64,000 nt of DNA from the human T2T-CHM13v2.0 reference genome, Homo sapiens. Under the pieces are notes generated by a model. It made no database searches and was not told where the DNA came from. It worked only from the letters and a program-made list of their open reading frames with translations. Made by a program: the position numbers and the translations under genes. Shown in pieces: positions 40,220-54,620 of the stretch (within the stretch, counting starts at the first letter, position 1; each line of letters begins with the position of its first letter). Location of the stretch: assembly GCF_009914755.1 (NCBI RefSeq), contig NC_060940.1. One strand, written 5' to 3'.

Positions 40220-42164
40220 AGCATGTACCAATTTATTTTCTTCAGAATTAGAAAGCTCTGTAAAGGCTGGAAATGTTTGCTAGCAGATTGACAGAAAAGA
40301 TCTGATGCAATTCAAAACTTTGAACAGCATTTTGACAACCACACCTATAAACTATAAAATCTATGCTATGTATCTGAATTATATCCTAGTGGTCAGTAAT
40401 CTCAGAACTAAATTGTTTTCCATAACATACACTAAAAAATAGATACCCACAGCAGTGCTATGTCTGACCAGAGTAATAATTTCAGGATTTTTCAACATGT
40501 ATAAAGAAAATTGTTCACTTCTGCAGGTACTCTTAAATTACAATTTTAGAAAGAAAATGAAAATATGAAAACTACAAAATAACAAGAGTTTTACAAAAAC
40601 TACCCAAGCAAAGAAAACCTCCTTGTCTTGTGACACTAAGTGTACAGTCATATGCAACTTAGAAACTGGAAACACAAATCTGTTTTATCTATTTTTCTTA
40701 GCTTGCACATCGCCCTTAATTACAGTTTAGGTGACAAAATGAAACATAAATGTCTTTTTATCAACAGCACATTGCTGGAAGCATAAACAATAAACTATAA
40801 ATTACTGAATCGGAAGCCTTTTTGGATCATATATGCATAGTGCTGTTCTCCGTATCTATGATCTGTCACACCTCCTGTTTCATGCAAATTGAGCACTACC
40901 TTTTATGATTCAACATTGAAGAAATGTCCCATGCTTCATATAGGTAATAGTAGACAACTTACATGGAAAACACTTCCAGTCAACGTTTGGTGCTGTGTGT
41001 TGCGCTTTGAAAAAGTCCACTATGTGAGCAGAACAGACAATACAATCATATTGGAAATATATTAAGATATTAACTATCATACTCATGCAAGTACACAGTT
41101 TCTGCTTGTTGTTTGGGGATGCTTGCCTGGGAAACCCAATAATAATGGATCTGCTGAAGCTAAGGGTATGGATGTTTTTATAAAGGACACTTGAACAAGA
41201 GATGTTTCTTTTAGGAAAGCCTTCTGTTGGTTCCAAAGCAGCCTATTGTAATAGCAGAACTTAAGGAAGACTCAGGTGGCCAGAAAAAGGACAATTGGCT
41301 TAGCAAGGTGGCCCTCCTTGCTATGTATATCAGCATATAGGTCCTTCAAGTACAATCCAGCCTGGCTAGGTATACCTGGCTTAAGGCAGAGGACAGAATG
41401 ACTCTGTCTGCCTTGAAACCTACATCCTGAATACAGAAAATGTATTCCTGAAGATTCAGCTGGAGAAAAGAGGAAGGACAGAGCATTAGCTCTGGCTGGC
41501 ATGGGAATCAGGAAAATCCACTTCCACTTTCAGGCAGCAAATTTTGGTTTTGCAACACGGGAAGTTTGAGATAGGCTGATGGTAGTCAAAAATGCAAAGG
41601 AAGGCTGTCTGTAATTTTCCAGCTATGTAAATGGTTCCCACAGAGTATGTGTGTTTGCAGGGAGAGATGGAAGTTTGGAGGCAATTTAGAACAATTTTAT
41701 ATGCTAGAATTGAAAGTGATCCCAACAATTGGAAACTACCATTGTGTGGAGAAACCTGAGTTTCGTTTTGGCAATGGAGCTATAGAAAGGTTAAAAAAAA
41801 AAAGTCATCATATTCAAAACCATATGCAGGAATCCTGCAGCTATTTCTGTGGCTGATAAATACTTTCATAGTTGGTCCTCATCTTCTTCCTCCTTCTTTT
41901 TATTTTGTCTATTTTAATACCCTTTAGAATGCAATACATTGCAGTTACTGTATAAGCAGATGTTTTTGCAATGCATTCTAGTGAGGATCAGTGTTTTCCC
42001 AACTACTGATGAAGCCACGTTCAAAATCACTGCACAAGATTTATAATTCTGAAGATTTAAAGCTTCAAAGAGACCTGGCTGAGAATGATAAGCCAGAGGA
42101 GATACAGTATGAGAAGGAATTAATGAATTCACATATAAAGGGACCTCGTCCCACTTATTGTTGC

Positions 42165-42305
42165 GTGTTTTTCTATATGCCAGGCATTGTGCCAATTGAT
42201 GTCTAAGTCCTAGTTCACACATATCCATCACAGCACAACTATGAGACAGGTATTTTATCCTGGTGTCACAGATTAGAAAACTGAGGCTTAAAATGATTTG
42301 CTTAA
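42165..42305 (-). mobile_element. MIR
   Basis: tatatgccaggcattgtgc...acagattagaaaactgaggct. Confidence 0.65.
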
Positions 42306-45300
42306 AGTAAGAGTATTCGATACTTCCAGAAGATAAAAATAAATAAACTGTATACCATTTGAACTAGGCCACTCGGTTGAGACAGAAATCTATCAGACAA
42401 TGCATAAATTATACTCTATACAGTTAACTATATTATGGACAATGAGGTAACACGAGGCATGTTTATTCCAAAGTAATGGTTAGCATCTACATTATTCAAA
42501 TTAATTATCAAAAGTATGCATTTAAAGTAAGCTTCTTATCAACAATATTTCAGTCAATGAGGAGACATTAAGAAGGAAAAACAAATTGGTATCATCAGGT
42601 ACTATGGTTCTCCTGCTGGGTTAAACATAACCAAACTATAACTAAATCCAGGTCCCCTGTCTATTTCTCGTCTTACCATAGGCTCTCCTTAGAGAGCAGA
42701 GATTTGTATTTTCTCTCATTTCTTTACACACATGATTTAAAAATTGCGGTATAAACCATGAGGGCTCCCATTTCACCAGACGGTGCTCTGGCAATTTGAA
42801 TCACATTTTTTACCTACAGTGTTCAGGCTGAGGAAGAGTAGTTTTCTGGAGACCTCAAATTTCCTGCAAACAAGATATTTTAGAATCTCTAAAAGGTCAC
42901 TTTTTTTCTTCCCTGTCTTGTTATATTTAATTGTTAGCTATTTTCCATTTCCATGGTTAAAATTGAGGCCAATACTGAAATGTGGTCAACAAAACTCTCT
43001 GCTTATAAATTCAGCCAACTGGAAGATGAAGAAATCAATATCTTGACCATATTCAAGGTGCTTTGATTTTTTGGTGTGAACATGTGGTATAAAAGGTTCA
43101 CTGTATTTTTGACCTTTACTTCTATCTTTATTTATATTGAAGGTTGCTTTCCTATTCTGGCAGAAATATGATTCTCATATATTTAGTAGAATTATTTGTG
43201 AAATAATTCAACTGTGTAGGAGACAAGAGAGAGCTCATTTCTATCTCATTTTGTCTTTTATTGTGAATTAATTGATAGAAATTGCATTAGGACCAATCCA
43301 TATAAGAGACAAGAAAAATTACAATAATTTTGAATTGAAATATATGGTGGCAAGTTCCTTAGAAAATGCCAAATACTGAAATCATCTCCCTTAAAGATCA
43401 AATTAAATAGGAGACAAACTTATTCATCAACAATAGATTTGATTATATTAGCTCTCTCAACATTTTAACATTTTTCTTGCAGGCTGGAACTTGTAACTCA
43501 TACTGCTCTCAGTAGAGAAGCATCAGATACTGACCATTTTAAAATTCATCTTAAGAAGGAAAATATATATATATCCAACATTTTTTACAGCTTCTTTTCA
43601 TTATTTTGTTTCTACATATTAAGACAAGCCCATTTTTTTTCTGTTTTACAGTACCTATTCAGGTGCCAAGTAAGTAGTGGTCTATGAAGCAAAACTCATG
43701 GATTTCTGATCTAGGAAGAGGAACATAGAGTATAAACTTTATATATCTATTTCAAACCTGTGGTTTCATGATTTATTTTGTGAAGGAGATGTTGAAGATT
43801 TGGATCCTAAATCCAAAATCACAGTGAACATAAGTCCTACTTTCCATAAGGCAGTCCTGGTTTATGGTGTTTTTCAGACATAAATATAAGCAGCCACCCC
43901 TCTCACTTTAAAACATGTCCCAGTAGAAACAATAAATTACATGGTCGCTCTTTGTAAAACAAATAAACACAGTCTAAAACAAGCAATCATGATGTATGGA
44001 GTACTCTTTCTGTTTCAAGTTATTTTTCAATAATAACTGACATCTTTAAAAAATTTACAAAGCAAAATAATATGAAAAACCTATAAGATAGATCATAATT
44101 TTAACTTCTATTTTCCAGTTTCAAAATAAAACAGATAATCCACATGACATTAAGTATTCTATTACAGGGTTTATCATAATGTGTGATGAAGCAGAATGAG
44201 GTATTCTAAATATTTAAACTTTTACCTTCTACTAATTCCAAAATTCAAGAAAACACATAAAATTCATTTATTGTAGAATTAAATCTCCTGTTTAAAAATA
44301 TTAAGGCATAATAAATACGTGTCAAAATTAGACTTTCCTTGGTACCCAATAATATCTTCCCATTCACCCAATACCTTATGTGATGCCTTCTAGAGCCACA
44401 CAAGAAGTGTATCTTGAAATTACAAAATTTACAGGAAACACTAAGGATCTCAGAATATTTGGAATGGGAAATAACTTATTCATGGAGAATTTTAAATGCT
44501 GTGCGTTTTATATGCAAAAATAGTGCCTGATACTTACTAGTTCAAAATCAGAATAAACACGGACCACACTTATGCACAGACTTCCAGTTCAGTTTGGGGT
44601 TTCTAAGGAGGCTTTGTGTTAGAAATATTCATATGATTTCCATTAAAAAATATTGGTGATGCTAATAAATAAACAATGACAATGTACTTGGATTACAGTT
44701 TCCAATCAAGGGTGGCTAACAAATGAATACTCCATTATTGAGGAGACAGAAAGGGTTTTGTCTCCTCAGTGTTTATAATAGTGGAAGTCAGCTAAATTAG
44801 TAATATCTATATAACAACTGTCATTTCCTTTTTGTGATTCATCCACATTTATCAAAGCGTCCCCACAGAACTATGTAGCATTTTGTTCAAAGGCAAGGCC
44901 ATAATATATTTAGCCATAAAATGTTATTTTACTTCATAAAGGAAATTTTATCAAGATTCACTATCCCTTTAAATAGAATATTGCAAACAATAGGAACAGA
45001 TATCATGAATCAAATTTTACTCTTCTGAGTATAGCTTGTATACAGACCATTGAGAGACCTAAACAGATACCTGCAGTAAAGCCAGAAAAAAGCCTGAGAC
45101 ATTGCTTATATTTTGCTAATCATTCTAAAACAGCTACAACTAAGACTTAAATACATTTGAACAAAAATCAAGTTTTAAATTTTTTTTAATATATGGCTGC
45201 TTAGAAAATAAAAATTTTCAAATGAGATAGACTTTAAACAATAATCTATGGCTTTCACATATAATAAATAGTATAGTTAAAGAAAACAGTAATCCAAGGT

Positions 45301-45899
45301 TGGTCCTCAGAAAATCTAATGAAATGGATTAAATGTGCTCAGTGAGTGAAAGACTTAACAATAAATCAGTTCATATTAGCTCCAAAATAATGCTGATAAG
45401 CAATGTCCTTCAAAGAGGATTTTCTGAACTAACTGTTATTGTTAAAGTTGGTACAGGCTTAAAACAAATACCTTTAATGTGTACTCACAAACCAGGCAAA
45501 ATTAGAATAGCTTTCCCTAAAGACGTGGTAAACATTCAATTAAAACTTAACAACTACAAAGTGTAGGCCAATTCTCCCTCTTAGGGATATCTCAGAATCT
45601 CAAAATACCTGGAAGCTTTCACAGGGGTTAAATTTTACTCTTCATTTTTTAAAGTAAGGTGATTGAAGTATTTCCTGGGGAAAAAATTAACTTTTTACAT
45701 TAACAAAGTTCTTATCTATTGCTTAAATATTGAAAATAGGAAGTAAGGTAATTACCATGCCATTATACTGATAAGCTGAATTTCAAGTGCTCATAGTTGA
45801 ACAAAAATTATCTTAATGATAATTTTCAGTTATGTTATGAAATTGCATCCTATTTTCCAATTTATATTGTACTCTGTTTCACAAAGCTAATATATTTAC

Positions 45900-46017
45900 C
45901 TTCATTTTTCTTGATGGTGAAATTCGGATTGTTGACCATTTCTGGAAGGAGACTGTATAAGAAATAATGTCCGTTTTTGGGATCATCTTTGTCCATGGCG
46001 CTAACAGTTTGAATGAC
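45900..46017 (-). CDS. CDH8: Cadherin-8 internal coding exon (118 nt; probably exon 10), EC5
   Basis: TTTTATGTTTCAG|GTC ATT CAA ACT ... AAG AAA AAT GAA G|GTAAAT. It translates to [39 protein letters not shown] with the cadherin AxDxD motif (AMDKDD). The phase-0 acceptor continues the frame of the 122-nt exon. Contained in ORF 45862..46092. Confidence 0.97.
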
Positions 46018-47344
46018 CTGAAACATAAAACTTGACGTCAGCATTTCTGATGATTTCAGAGGCTCCTGCCATCGGTAAAAGCTTAGTGACATTCTTTTTG
46101 TGGTCTGATACTTTGGCTCAGAGACTCTTTTTCAGCTTTCTAAATTGTCATGGATGGTTTGTGCCAAGAATAAGGAGAAAAATCCATTACTTTAAAACCT
46201 CAGCTTTGATAAGTTGATGAAAATTAAGAGCATTACCTTTGTGTCCATTTGGTGTCTGTGGCTTGAAATAGCAAAGTTAAGTGTATTTGAAATATCCACT
46301 GGGCAATTACAGGTTTCTTTCCAATTTGAGTATTTACGGGCATCTAGAATGAGATTTGGAATTGTTACAGTGATTGTAGTGTGGTTCTTGGGAGGATCTT
46401 TGAGGTAAATGGCTTAAATCTTGAATCCTCACAACTCTTTTACTCATCAGGTTATAAATGTTTGCCAAATAGTGTTCCTCAGCACAAACATCACTGCAAC
46501 AAACCTCTCTGATGAGTTGCTTCTGTTCCCTCCCAATAATTAATACTGTTTTTTAAAGCTAGTGGGTAACACATGCAAACAATGCTTTGGAGTGTATCCT
46601 GAGATGAATAAATTATAGGGATTAGAATTACCACGGTGCAGAGAAATGTTTGGATAGATAGAGGTACTTGGAATCGGTGCTTATTAAATGTGCTTGTTTC
46701 ATTTGTAAAGCTGCATTAACTTAATGCTAAAGTTGTTTCTTGGGATGTCAGATAATTATCTTAATAATTTGTATTTATGATTCTGTGATATTGCTAGTTC
46801 AATGTGACAAGCGGGACAAGAGCTAATGTAGGAAAAGTTTGAATGTATACTCCTATAGTGATAATAGATTTACCATAAAAAGTAGTTAACAGTGAAATGT
46901 TCTCAGGTTTATGATATTTCGAGGATATAATAATGATGTCAATGCTATTGTGTCTGTGTGAACAATTATGTCCCATTGAACTTTGAAATGTTATTAAAGA
47001 GAAAAAAAAATTCCTTTTGAGAAGGGGTCATCTTTGCTTTCTAACTTACCACTCAAGTGTAAGAAGCACAATTTCAGAACTTTTAGCAGCTATGGGGCTT
47101 TGCATTGTATCAAGCACATGTTATATGATAGGCAATTCATTCAATTTACTTGAGGCAAAAATAAAATACTTTTTTTTAATTTCTAGGTCTCCCTTTTTAA
47201 AATGGAACATAATCTTACTTTGTAAGTGTTTGATTTTTGTTAAGGACCTTTTTGTCTAGTTATAATGTCTTATAAATAATTATAATTATTCTTAGCTTGA
47301 GTGACAAAATAACATAAAATAATTTAAAGTATAACTCATGGTTA

Positions 47345-47600
47345 AGACAGTGAGATAGTCATCAAGAGAAAGGACTCTGGAGTTAAGCTTCCCAGATAAG
47401 ATAAAAGTCACAGCTCTGTTTGTGGCTCATTGTGTGACATTGAAGGAGTTACTTAAGTCTCTGAAACTTCAATTTCTTGTATGCCAGAAATACAAATGCA
47501 AAAACCATCTTTTCTCATAGGTGTGTTTTGATTATGGATTTAAATTCATATAAATCTTTTGACAGTTTCTGGTTTCTAGTCAATGTTCAATAAAATTTTA
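47345..47600 (+). mobile_element. MIR
   Basis: ggactctgggagtt...tgtgtgacattgaaggagttacttaagtctctgaaacttcaatttc. Confidence 0.55.
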
Positions 47601-48539
47601 GTCATCATATCATTATTATTATCATATTTATTAGGGCCATTGCTATTTATTGATGACCTGGCATTTTGATAAATCTTTTATAAATGTAACAACTCTGTTA
47701 CTCAATGACCCAACATGATCAGACTAAAGGAGAATGCAATTATATTTACTGTACCTAAACACATAGCATATTTGCCTTGACATTTAAGTGTAGAGAGAGG
47801 CCCTAGGGTACTTGTTTCATAAAAATCAACATGAGTTAAAGTACAAGGGGTCTAGATTTGAAACATGGATAACTCCTTTGGACAGCCTGCAAGTAAAAAT
47901 ATTTAACAGAAAAGTATGAGTTGACCACTTCACCTCAGAACAGCTGTGCTGGATTTTCATGTTAAAAAGTCAAGGGAATGACTATCTTTGACAAGAGCTT
48001 TCTTTCAGGCAATTATAAAGAAGACAGGGAAAAACATTGCTTGTGAGCAAATGTAGCAGCTCCTTCTCCATTTACCCAGACTTCTCTCTATAGGACTTCT
48101 AGCCCCAGGTGCAACCATTGAAGATGTAATTCCTGAAGTGTGTGAGTGCATATGGAGAATAAGGGCAAATGAAGAGAAGATGTCTTGGTTTTCTCAAGTA
48201 GAGATCAGTCATAATTAAATGCTTTCCTACAGTACACTTAGTGGATAAAGCTCCCATAATTAATACCATTCATACTATTTTCAAGTAATCTGCGTGAAAA
48301 TGGCTCATACCTGCTGTTGCATCTACAGGAGAGTCATTTGATTAGCTAAGCCACCATGACCAAAACAAAAGATACAATGATATAGCTTACCTGTAGCAAA
48401 GAAGCATAACTACCTGCCACATCACATCTCAGAAGTCTGGTCTAAACATCACACCAAAATTTAATACATTTTTCCACCATTTATTTTAGCCAGGAACTCA
48501 TTAGATAAGCAATTTATTGAGCCACTGGAACTACTGACT

Positions 48540-48627
48540 AAAAAGTCTCAGATTATAACTCAGCAATCTGTATTTCAAACAGCCTTCTGGGTAATTCTGG
48601 TGTACACACAAGTATGAGAACCACTGT
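48540..48627. mobile_element. MER5A-type fragment
   Basis: cagcaatctgtatttcaaacagccttctgggtaattctggtgtacacacaagtatgagaaccactg. Confidence 0.7.
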
Positions 48628-49974
48628 TTTGAGCCAATGGAAAAGATTCATATTCATAGTTCTCTCCTCATAATTCATTAAGAGGCTTTATATTGTCAAG
48701 CTCATGTCAAGCTCAGTGCATTATATGCTGGGGAGAAGGTGGCTGAACTGGTGAATTATTACATTTTCTTCCAAATATCCCATAAACTGGTTATGATTAA
48801 GATTTTTGGTTAAACCACATTTGACACTTCAAAACAGATATCCCCTGCTTTGGCATTTTATCTAAAAGTAGATGCCAAGTAGGTCACTTGAAGGACTTCA
48901 TACCATTAAAATGCATTAAGATATCCATACTAATGAGGCTAAAGTTTTCATTGATGAAATAACTTTTGAATGCACTTAGCTTTAAACAGTAAAAGAAAAA
49001 GAACAGATTTGTTCAAAGAAATGTACCTTCACAGAGGCAGGTTGTATTGACATACCGAGTAGAGGGCAACTGGAGACCACGTAGGGTCCACTGTGAGCTA
49101 CGATGACCTCAGCTGGTTTTTTCAAGTAATTTCATTTCATGGCAATAATATAAAAATTTCTGGAGCAGTCATAAATTCTGAGAAATATGCATCTAAAGTT
49201 AAGCTTAAATATTTTCCCTTCTGCTAATAAAGTTAGTATGCAACTGAAAAATCTAATGTTTCATAATTTATTGTTGAAATATTTTCAATTTTAAGGAAAG
49301 CTGAAAGCAAAATATATGTCTTTATTAGAGAAAACAAAGCATATCTGGGATGTTGGGATAAGGAAAAGAAGTCCAGAACCATGCTTGGATTTTCAGAGGA
49401 GCAGACTCTGTTCTATTTCTTGAGACTACAGATTTGAAATTAAATAAACGTTCTAAGACATGAAACTAGAAAACAATTGTGTGCTACAGTATAATTCTGA
49501 CCCTTAAAAATCTTTCATTGTTTATCAAAAATTCTAAATCTAAATTAGATTGTTTTAACAGAGTATATTAAACTTTATTTTGGACTATTTTACATTAACT
49601 CAAAAATATATTATAGTAGCAGAATATCACTGCCATTATTAACTTTTGAAAGGTCAAGCAGTCAGCAAAGAAATACATTTTTGATGATCTGATCTGTTAA
49701 CAAGCATAGCTGTATCACAGGATCTATTAGAACCTCTTCCGTGAGTTCCTGTAGATATTATTTATCAATATGACCTTATGTGTCAGGGGGATATATGAGA
49801 TATCCCCCCTCACTACTATTAGAATAACATGTGGCACATGGCAACTATTTAATAACTATTGGCTAAATGAAGTAATGGATGAATAATAAATAAGCGATGG
49901 CAGGTACATTTTTGCATCATCATTTATCCTCACAATACCTTGAGAGGTAAATATTAAGAAACTTATCAGCACTG

Positions 49975-50093
49975 TGATATATCTAATGTATTATATACAT
50001 TCAAATTATATGAAGTATATATTACATATGTATATATACACACATACATGTGTGTATGTACATGTGGGTGTATACGTATGTGTGAGTGTGTAT
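49975..50093. repeat. Degenerate TA/CA/TG low-complexity tract
   Basis: acatatgtatatatacacacatacatgtgtgtatgtacatgtg... Confidence 0.7.
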
Positions 50094-52050
50094 AAAATGT
50101 CTGATCCCAGATAAGCCTAGTTACAAGTTCTCTGCACCCATTGCCCTCAATATGCCAGGCGTCCTCAAAACCTTGTAGATATTTATAATTTCTATATATG
50201 TATTTCTGTTAAATTGGGGCTTAGACCTTCAATATTTTGGAGTGTGTAAGCATGACCCATCCATCCTTGCTTGCTTTGCTTTAGCAGTCTGAAGGTTCTT
50301 GATTGATTCTAACCAGTAAAATGCACACCAAGTGAACATTTAAAAGAAATAGTTCTTTCTATGTATGGACAAGGTGAGAAAACCCTATTCTGTTGTAACT
50401 TTTGGAATATTTTCCAAGGCTTCTAGAATATATGTCTATCTCTAGGAAGATCCAGCAATAATGAACAGCATGGTATCTTCAATTGAACCACACTGTCACT
50501 TTCTCAGGTAAAACTTAGTTTCTCTTTTCTCTAAATCCTTCTATAATGATATGAATTGTAAGGTGATAGAAAGGGGGTGAAGGAAAGGAAGGGAAGTTAC
50601 GGTCGATGAAGAAGGAACAGCATAATGTTTGGCTTTCTATTAATTCTATTATTATCTCCACTTTATTTCTGATGATCATATTAACTTTCCTGAAATATTA
50701 ACATCTATCTCTTGGAGTAGTTTTCAACTTGGGAAAGAAAGGAATGATCCATGAATGAGCTTTATATGGCTGTCATTCCTCACCTTGAAAATGAAATAGT
50801 ATGAAATTATTTACATATGCGCATTTATGAGGGGAAAGGTCGTAGCTTTTATCAAATTATCAATGATGTCCATAACTGAATAAAACAAAACAAAATACAT
50901 TAAAAGCCTTAAAGAAGGGTGCTTAAAAATAGATAGGCATACAAGACAAATCAAGTTATAACAATTATGATTAATTGAAAGGGGGGAATATAGGTAAATA
51001 AGAAATTTTATCAAAATCTACACAATAACCCAATTATTTCAAAACTGTAAAATGTAGTACAAACATATTCACAGTTCATATCTAATCAAAATATATTGTC
51101 TGGATATTTTTGATAATTTGCATGGCATTCCAGTTGCTACCAAGATTTTTATTCCATACCCATTCAACATGTTTAATGAGCTCACCATTTTTTTTTTTTT
51201 TGGCCTGAAACATCCTTGCCTTAAAGTTTATTAGGTGGCTATTCAGAGCATGTAGCTTGCAGTTCTGACATACAGGAAATACAGCAGGAGGAAGTAGATG
51301 AGGTTCTAATCTTATTGACACACTAAATGAAGTCTTCAGTCCTCTGGGTAGAATTTGGGACTCTGCCTTCATAAATGCATTGTAGAACTTCCAACATTTT
51401 TTTCAGCGTTGGGTTTTTCATTCACTTTACCTTTCTTGAAACTAAATTGAAGTAAACCAATACAACGCTAGGATTCCAGAAGAATGCGTCTATACAAAGT
51501 TTGGATTTTCCAGTTTCTTCTGCCTCTTGCATTCTTTTGGTGGACTCTGTATATCTGATGTGTACTTTGTATACTACTGAAATTATCAATATTAAATAAA
51601 AACCACTCCATCTCTTACCCTGATTTAAAAATCTATAGTTCATTTTCATTAGTAGGATAAAATTCACAGTTTTCCACATAGCTTAGAAGAATCAACACCC
51701 TTTTCAATCTTATCTCTTCTTTACCATGACTCTATTGCTTTGTGGGAATATCTCCTGATACCTCCTTAAGATTATAAACAGTAATTCCTATATTGAAAAT
51801 ATGTTCCATTGTTTATCCTCCCAGGGCAAGATTTTTCCAACTGGGTCCCATCTCCCACAAATTTTATAATTTTCTCTGAAGGAAATTTGAAAGATTTTAT
51901 AGTCAACTATCCTTGGCAAACTCGAGATACCATATAATTTCCTTGGGGATTCATATGTATTTCTAAATGCAAGAGAAACTTGTAGTAAAACAAAACAAAC
52001 AGAAGATCATGTTTAATTTTGTCTAATTTAATGTCTCCCAATCTTATTAG

Positions 52051-52053
<3 letters not shown>

Positions 52054-52083
<30 letters not shown>
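52054..52083. repeat. (CA)n microsatellite
   Basis: About 14 perfect CA units. Confidence 0.95.
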
Positions 52084-52084
<1 letters not shown>

Positions 52085-54019
52085 AAACCACATCATATAT
52101 TGGCATGCTACCGCACAAGTTTCTATGAAAAACTCACTTTGAATAATGCTATCCTCTAAAACTCCATTTGAGTCTTTAAAAGATTGGAAGACTTTCTCAG
52201 CCTCTGTGTGAAGGTGTGTATCTACATAGCTTAATGGTTACAGCCATGTTACCATTAGCTTCTCTGTCTTCCCAGTATTATCTCAGATCCTCCAGTACCA
52301 GATTGTATCCAATTTACATCACAAACACAAAGCCTAGGCTTAAAATCTCTTACTACCTACAGTCAATTTGACTTTCTTTAAAAAACCTGCTCATCATCAT
52401 GGCTTTTATGAACAAATGGAAACAAGCGTATTCAGGTTTCCTACCTGGCTCCCATCCTAAATTCTTATCCAGTATTCTGTAGGTTGAAAATACAATAAAA
52501 ATATATCAGTCCGTAATAGCCCAAGACTTTAAACAATCTTTTACACCATTTTCTCTGTAGATAATCAATCTCAATTAAATTAGGGGCCAGAATAAAACGT
52601 GAAATTTGTAACCATGCAAGATTCCCAGTCAATACATACAGAACTGCAAGTAAAACTTCGAAAGGTTTAGGTAGAATGTGTTTCTATATGATGATTCCAG
52701 CTAATTTTTTTTAAAAAAATTTAACCCACAGATTCCCATGGGGAAGAGTGAAGTATGGATCTTTCTTTCACCCTTGACAAATAAAGTACTTGTAAATTAT
52801 CACAGGAATAGTTATTCCAATATTAGAGCAATAGATTTGTCTATTATATTGACCCATTTAGGAATCATGTATAGTGTGTTGCTTTAAGCCACCTCATAAA
52901 CATATAACCATAACAATAAAACCCAACAAATATAATAGAAATAAAGTATTTTTTGCTTTGTAGACCACAAGACTGGTTCAAATAAATACCACTGAAAATT
53001 GCAAGTATTTATTTAGTATGTATTTGTATATCTATATATCTATATCTATCTAGTTATTCTGAAGATTTTAGGGTTTAAACTAACAGAGATTATGGCTCAG
53101 CATCACAAAACTAGTAAATAGGAAAGATCTGATCTCACATTTAGATTGTTCAAGCTCCAAACCCTCCAATATATATATATTCACTTTGCTTTGCTTTTCT
53201 GTCAAACTTGTGCTCCAAAAGTCATACTTTTGTTAATGACTCTCTTGAAATGTGTTTTGCTACATGTGGTTTCTTCAAATGTTGTTTTATGCATTCCATT
53301 AATTTACCATCTCCTTACTCCACCCAAAATAAAGTGAAAGTAGTATTTTATGCATTTTGTGGAGGCTATCAATTTCATCTGTTTTAAAATCAATCCTGTC
53401 TCCCTCTTGTGTATGCAGATATATTATGAAAGATGCCTGCTGGCAGGAAAGCTAAAATTAAATCTCTTATATTTATTATTTCATGAGTGTTATAAAGTGC
53501 CATAACTTCATTTTATTGTTTCACAGTTATTAGAAAAAGACTCACAGAAACTAGACAAAAAAAATAAAGTATCAAACCCATTCATTGCTAGTGTTTATCT
53601 AGGGATAATTACCTTTACTTCTCTTATTAAGCTTTATTTCTTTTCATTTAAGGTTTCATGAAATGCTTTTGAGTAAGAATGTCATTGGTCACAGGAATGT
53701 ATTGTTTTCTTTTGAAAAAAAATGTTCACTCTTGATCAGACTCATATTCTCATGATTATTTTATAAGAGATGTGTCACACAGACATAGGATTTCAAAGTT
53801 CTGCTTCCTTGGAGAGCATTGCGACATCCTAGAAATTTCAGGGACTTTAGCACTTTTAAGAGCAGACTTTAAAATTCATTTTTGCCACTTTTCATGGTAA
53901 ATCTTAAGTAAGACTCATAGTCTTTTTCGGTCTCAGCTTTTATATCTATAACATGTGGTTGCTAATACCAAGCTCCTAGAGCAGGAACGTTAGATGTGTG
54001 TGTACATTTTTCACTTATG

Positions 54020-54620
54020 TAAGCAATCAGATTTCTCAATTACTTCCATCTCCATAGCCACCACCTTAGACCTGGCTACCATTATCTTTTGCAGTTACAG
54101 CTTCCTAAATGTGCTTCCTGCTTAATCATGTGTGTGCATGTGTGTATTTTATTCAAGCATAAAACTCTTTATGTTCAATCTCATTTTTGCTTATTACATG
54201 CTAGTCACAGGTATCTTCCATTCTTCTAACAAACTGAGGTCATTGTCCATTCAGGATATTTGCACATGCCTATTCTGTTGGCTAGAAGACTGCCTTCATG
54301 CCCAGCTCTTTCTCATTTTTTCCAGTTTCACCATAAACAACACTCATTTAAAATCAAAAATTTATTTGACAATACTATATAAAGTAGATCCCTGAGTTTT
54401 CTTTGTTCTTTGTTCCTCTGTCTAGTTGCTTGAATATTTATTTCAAACCAGTTTTCAAAATTTTAAATTATTTTATTCATTCTATTCTTCTCATAAAATC
54501 TCTTCTTCACTAAATTCATAAGAAAAAATAATTTTTGACCCTTTCACATTGTTTCTTCAGATTGTATTACAACAATTAGCATCTTGTAGATGGGTAATAA
54601 ATATTGTCCAATAAATAAAT
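54020..54620. mobile_element. L2 remnant
   Basis: ttccatctccatagccaccacc...tttgcacatgcctattctgttggctagaa...aataaatattgtccaataaataaatg. Confidence 0.5.
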
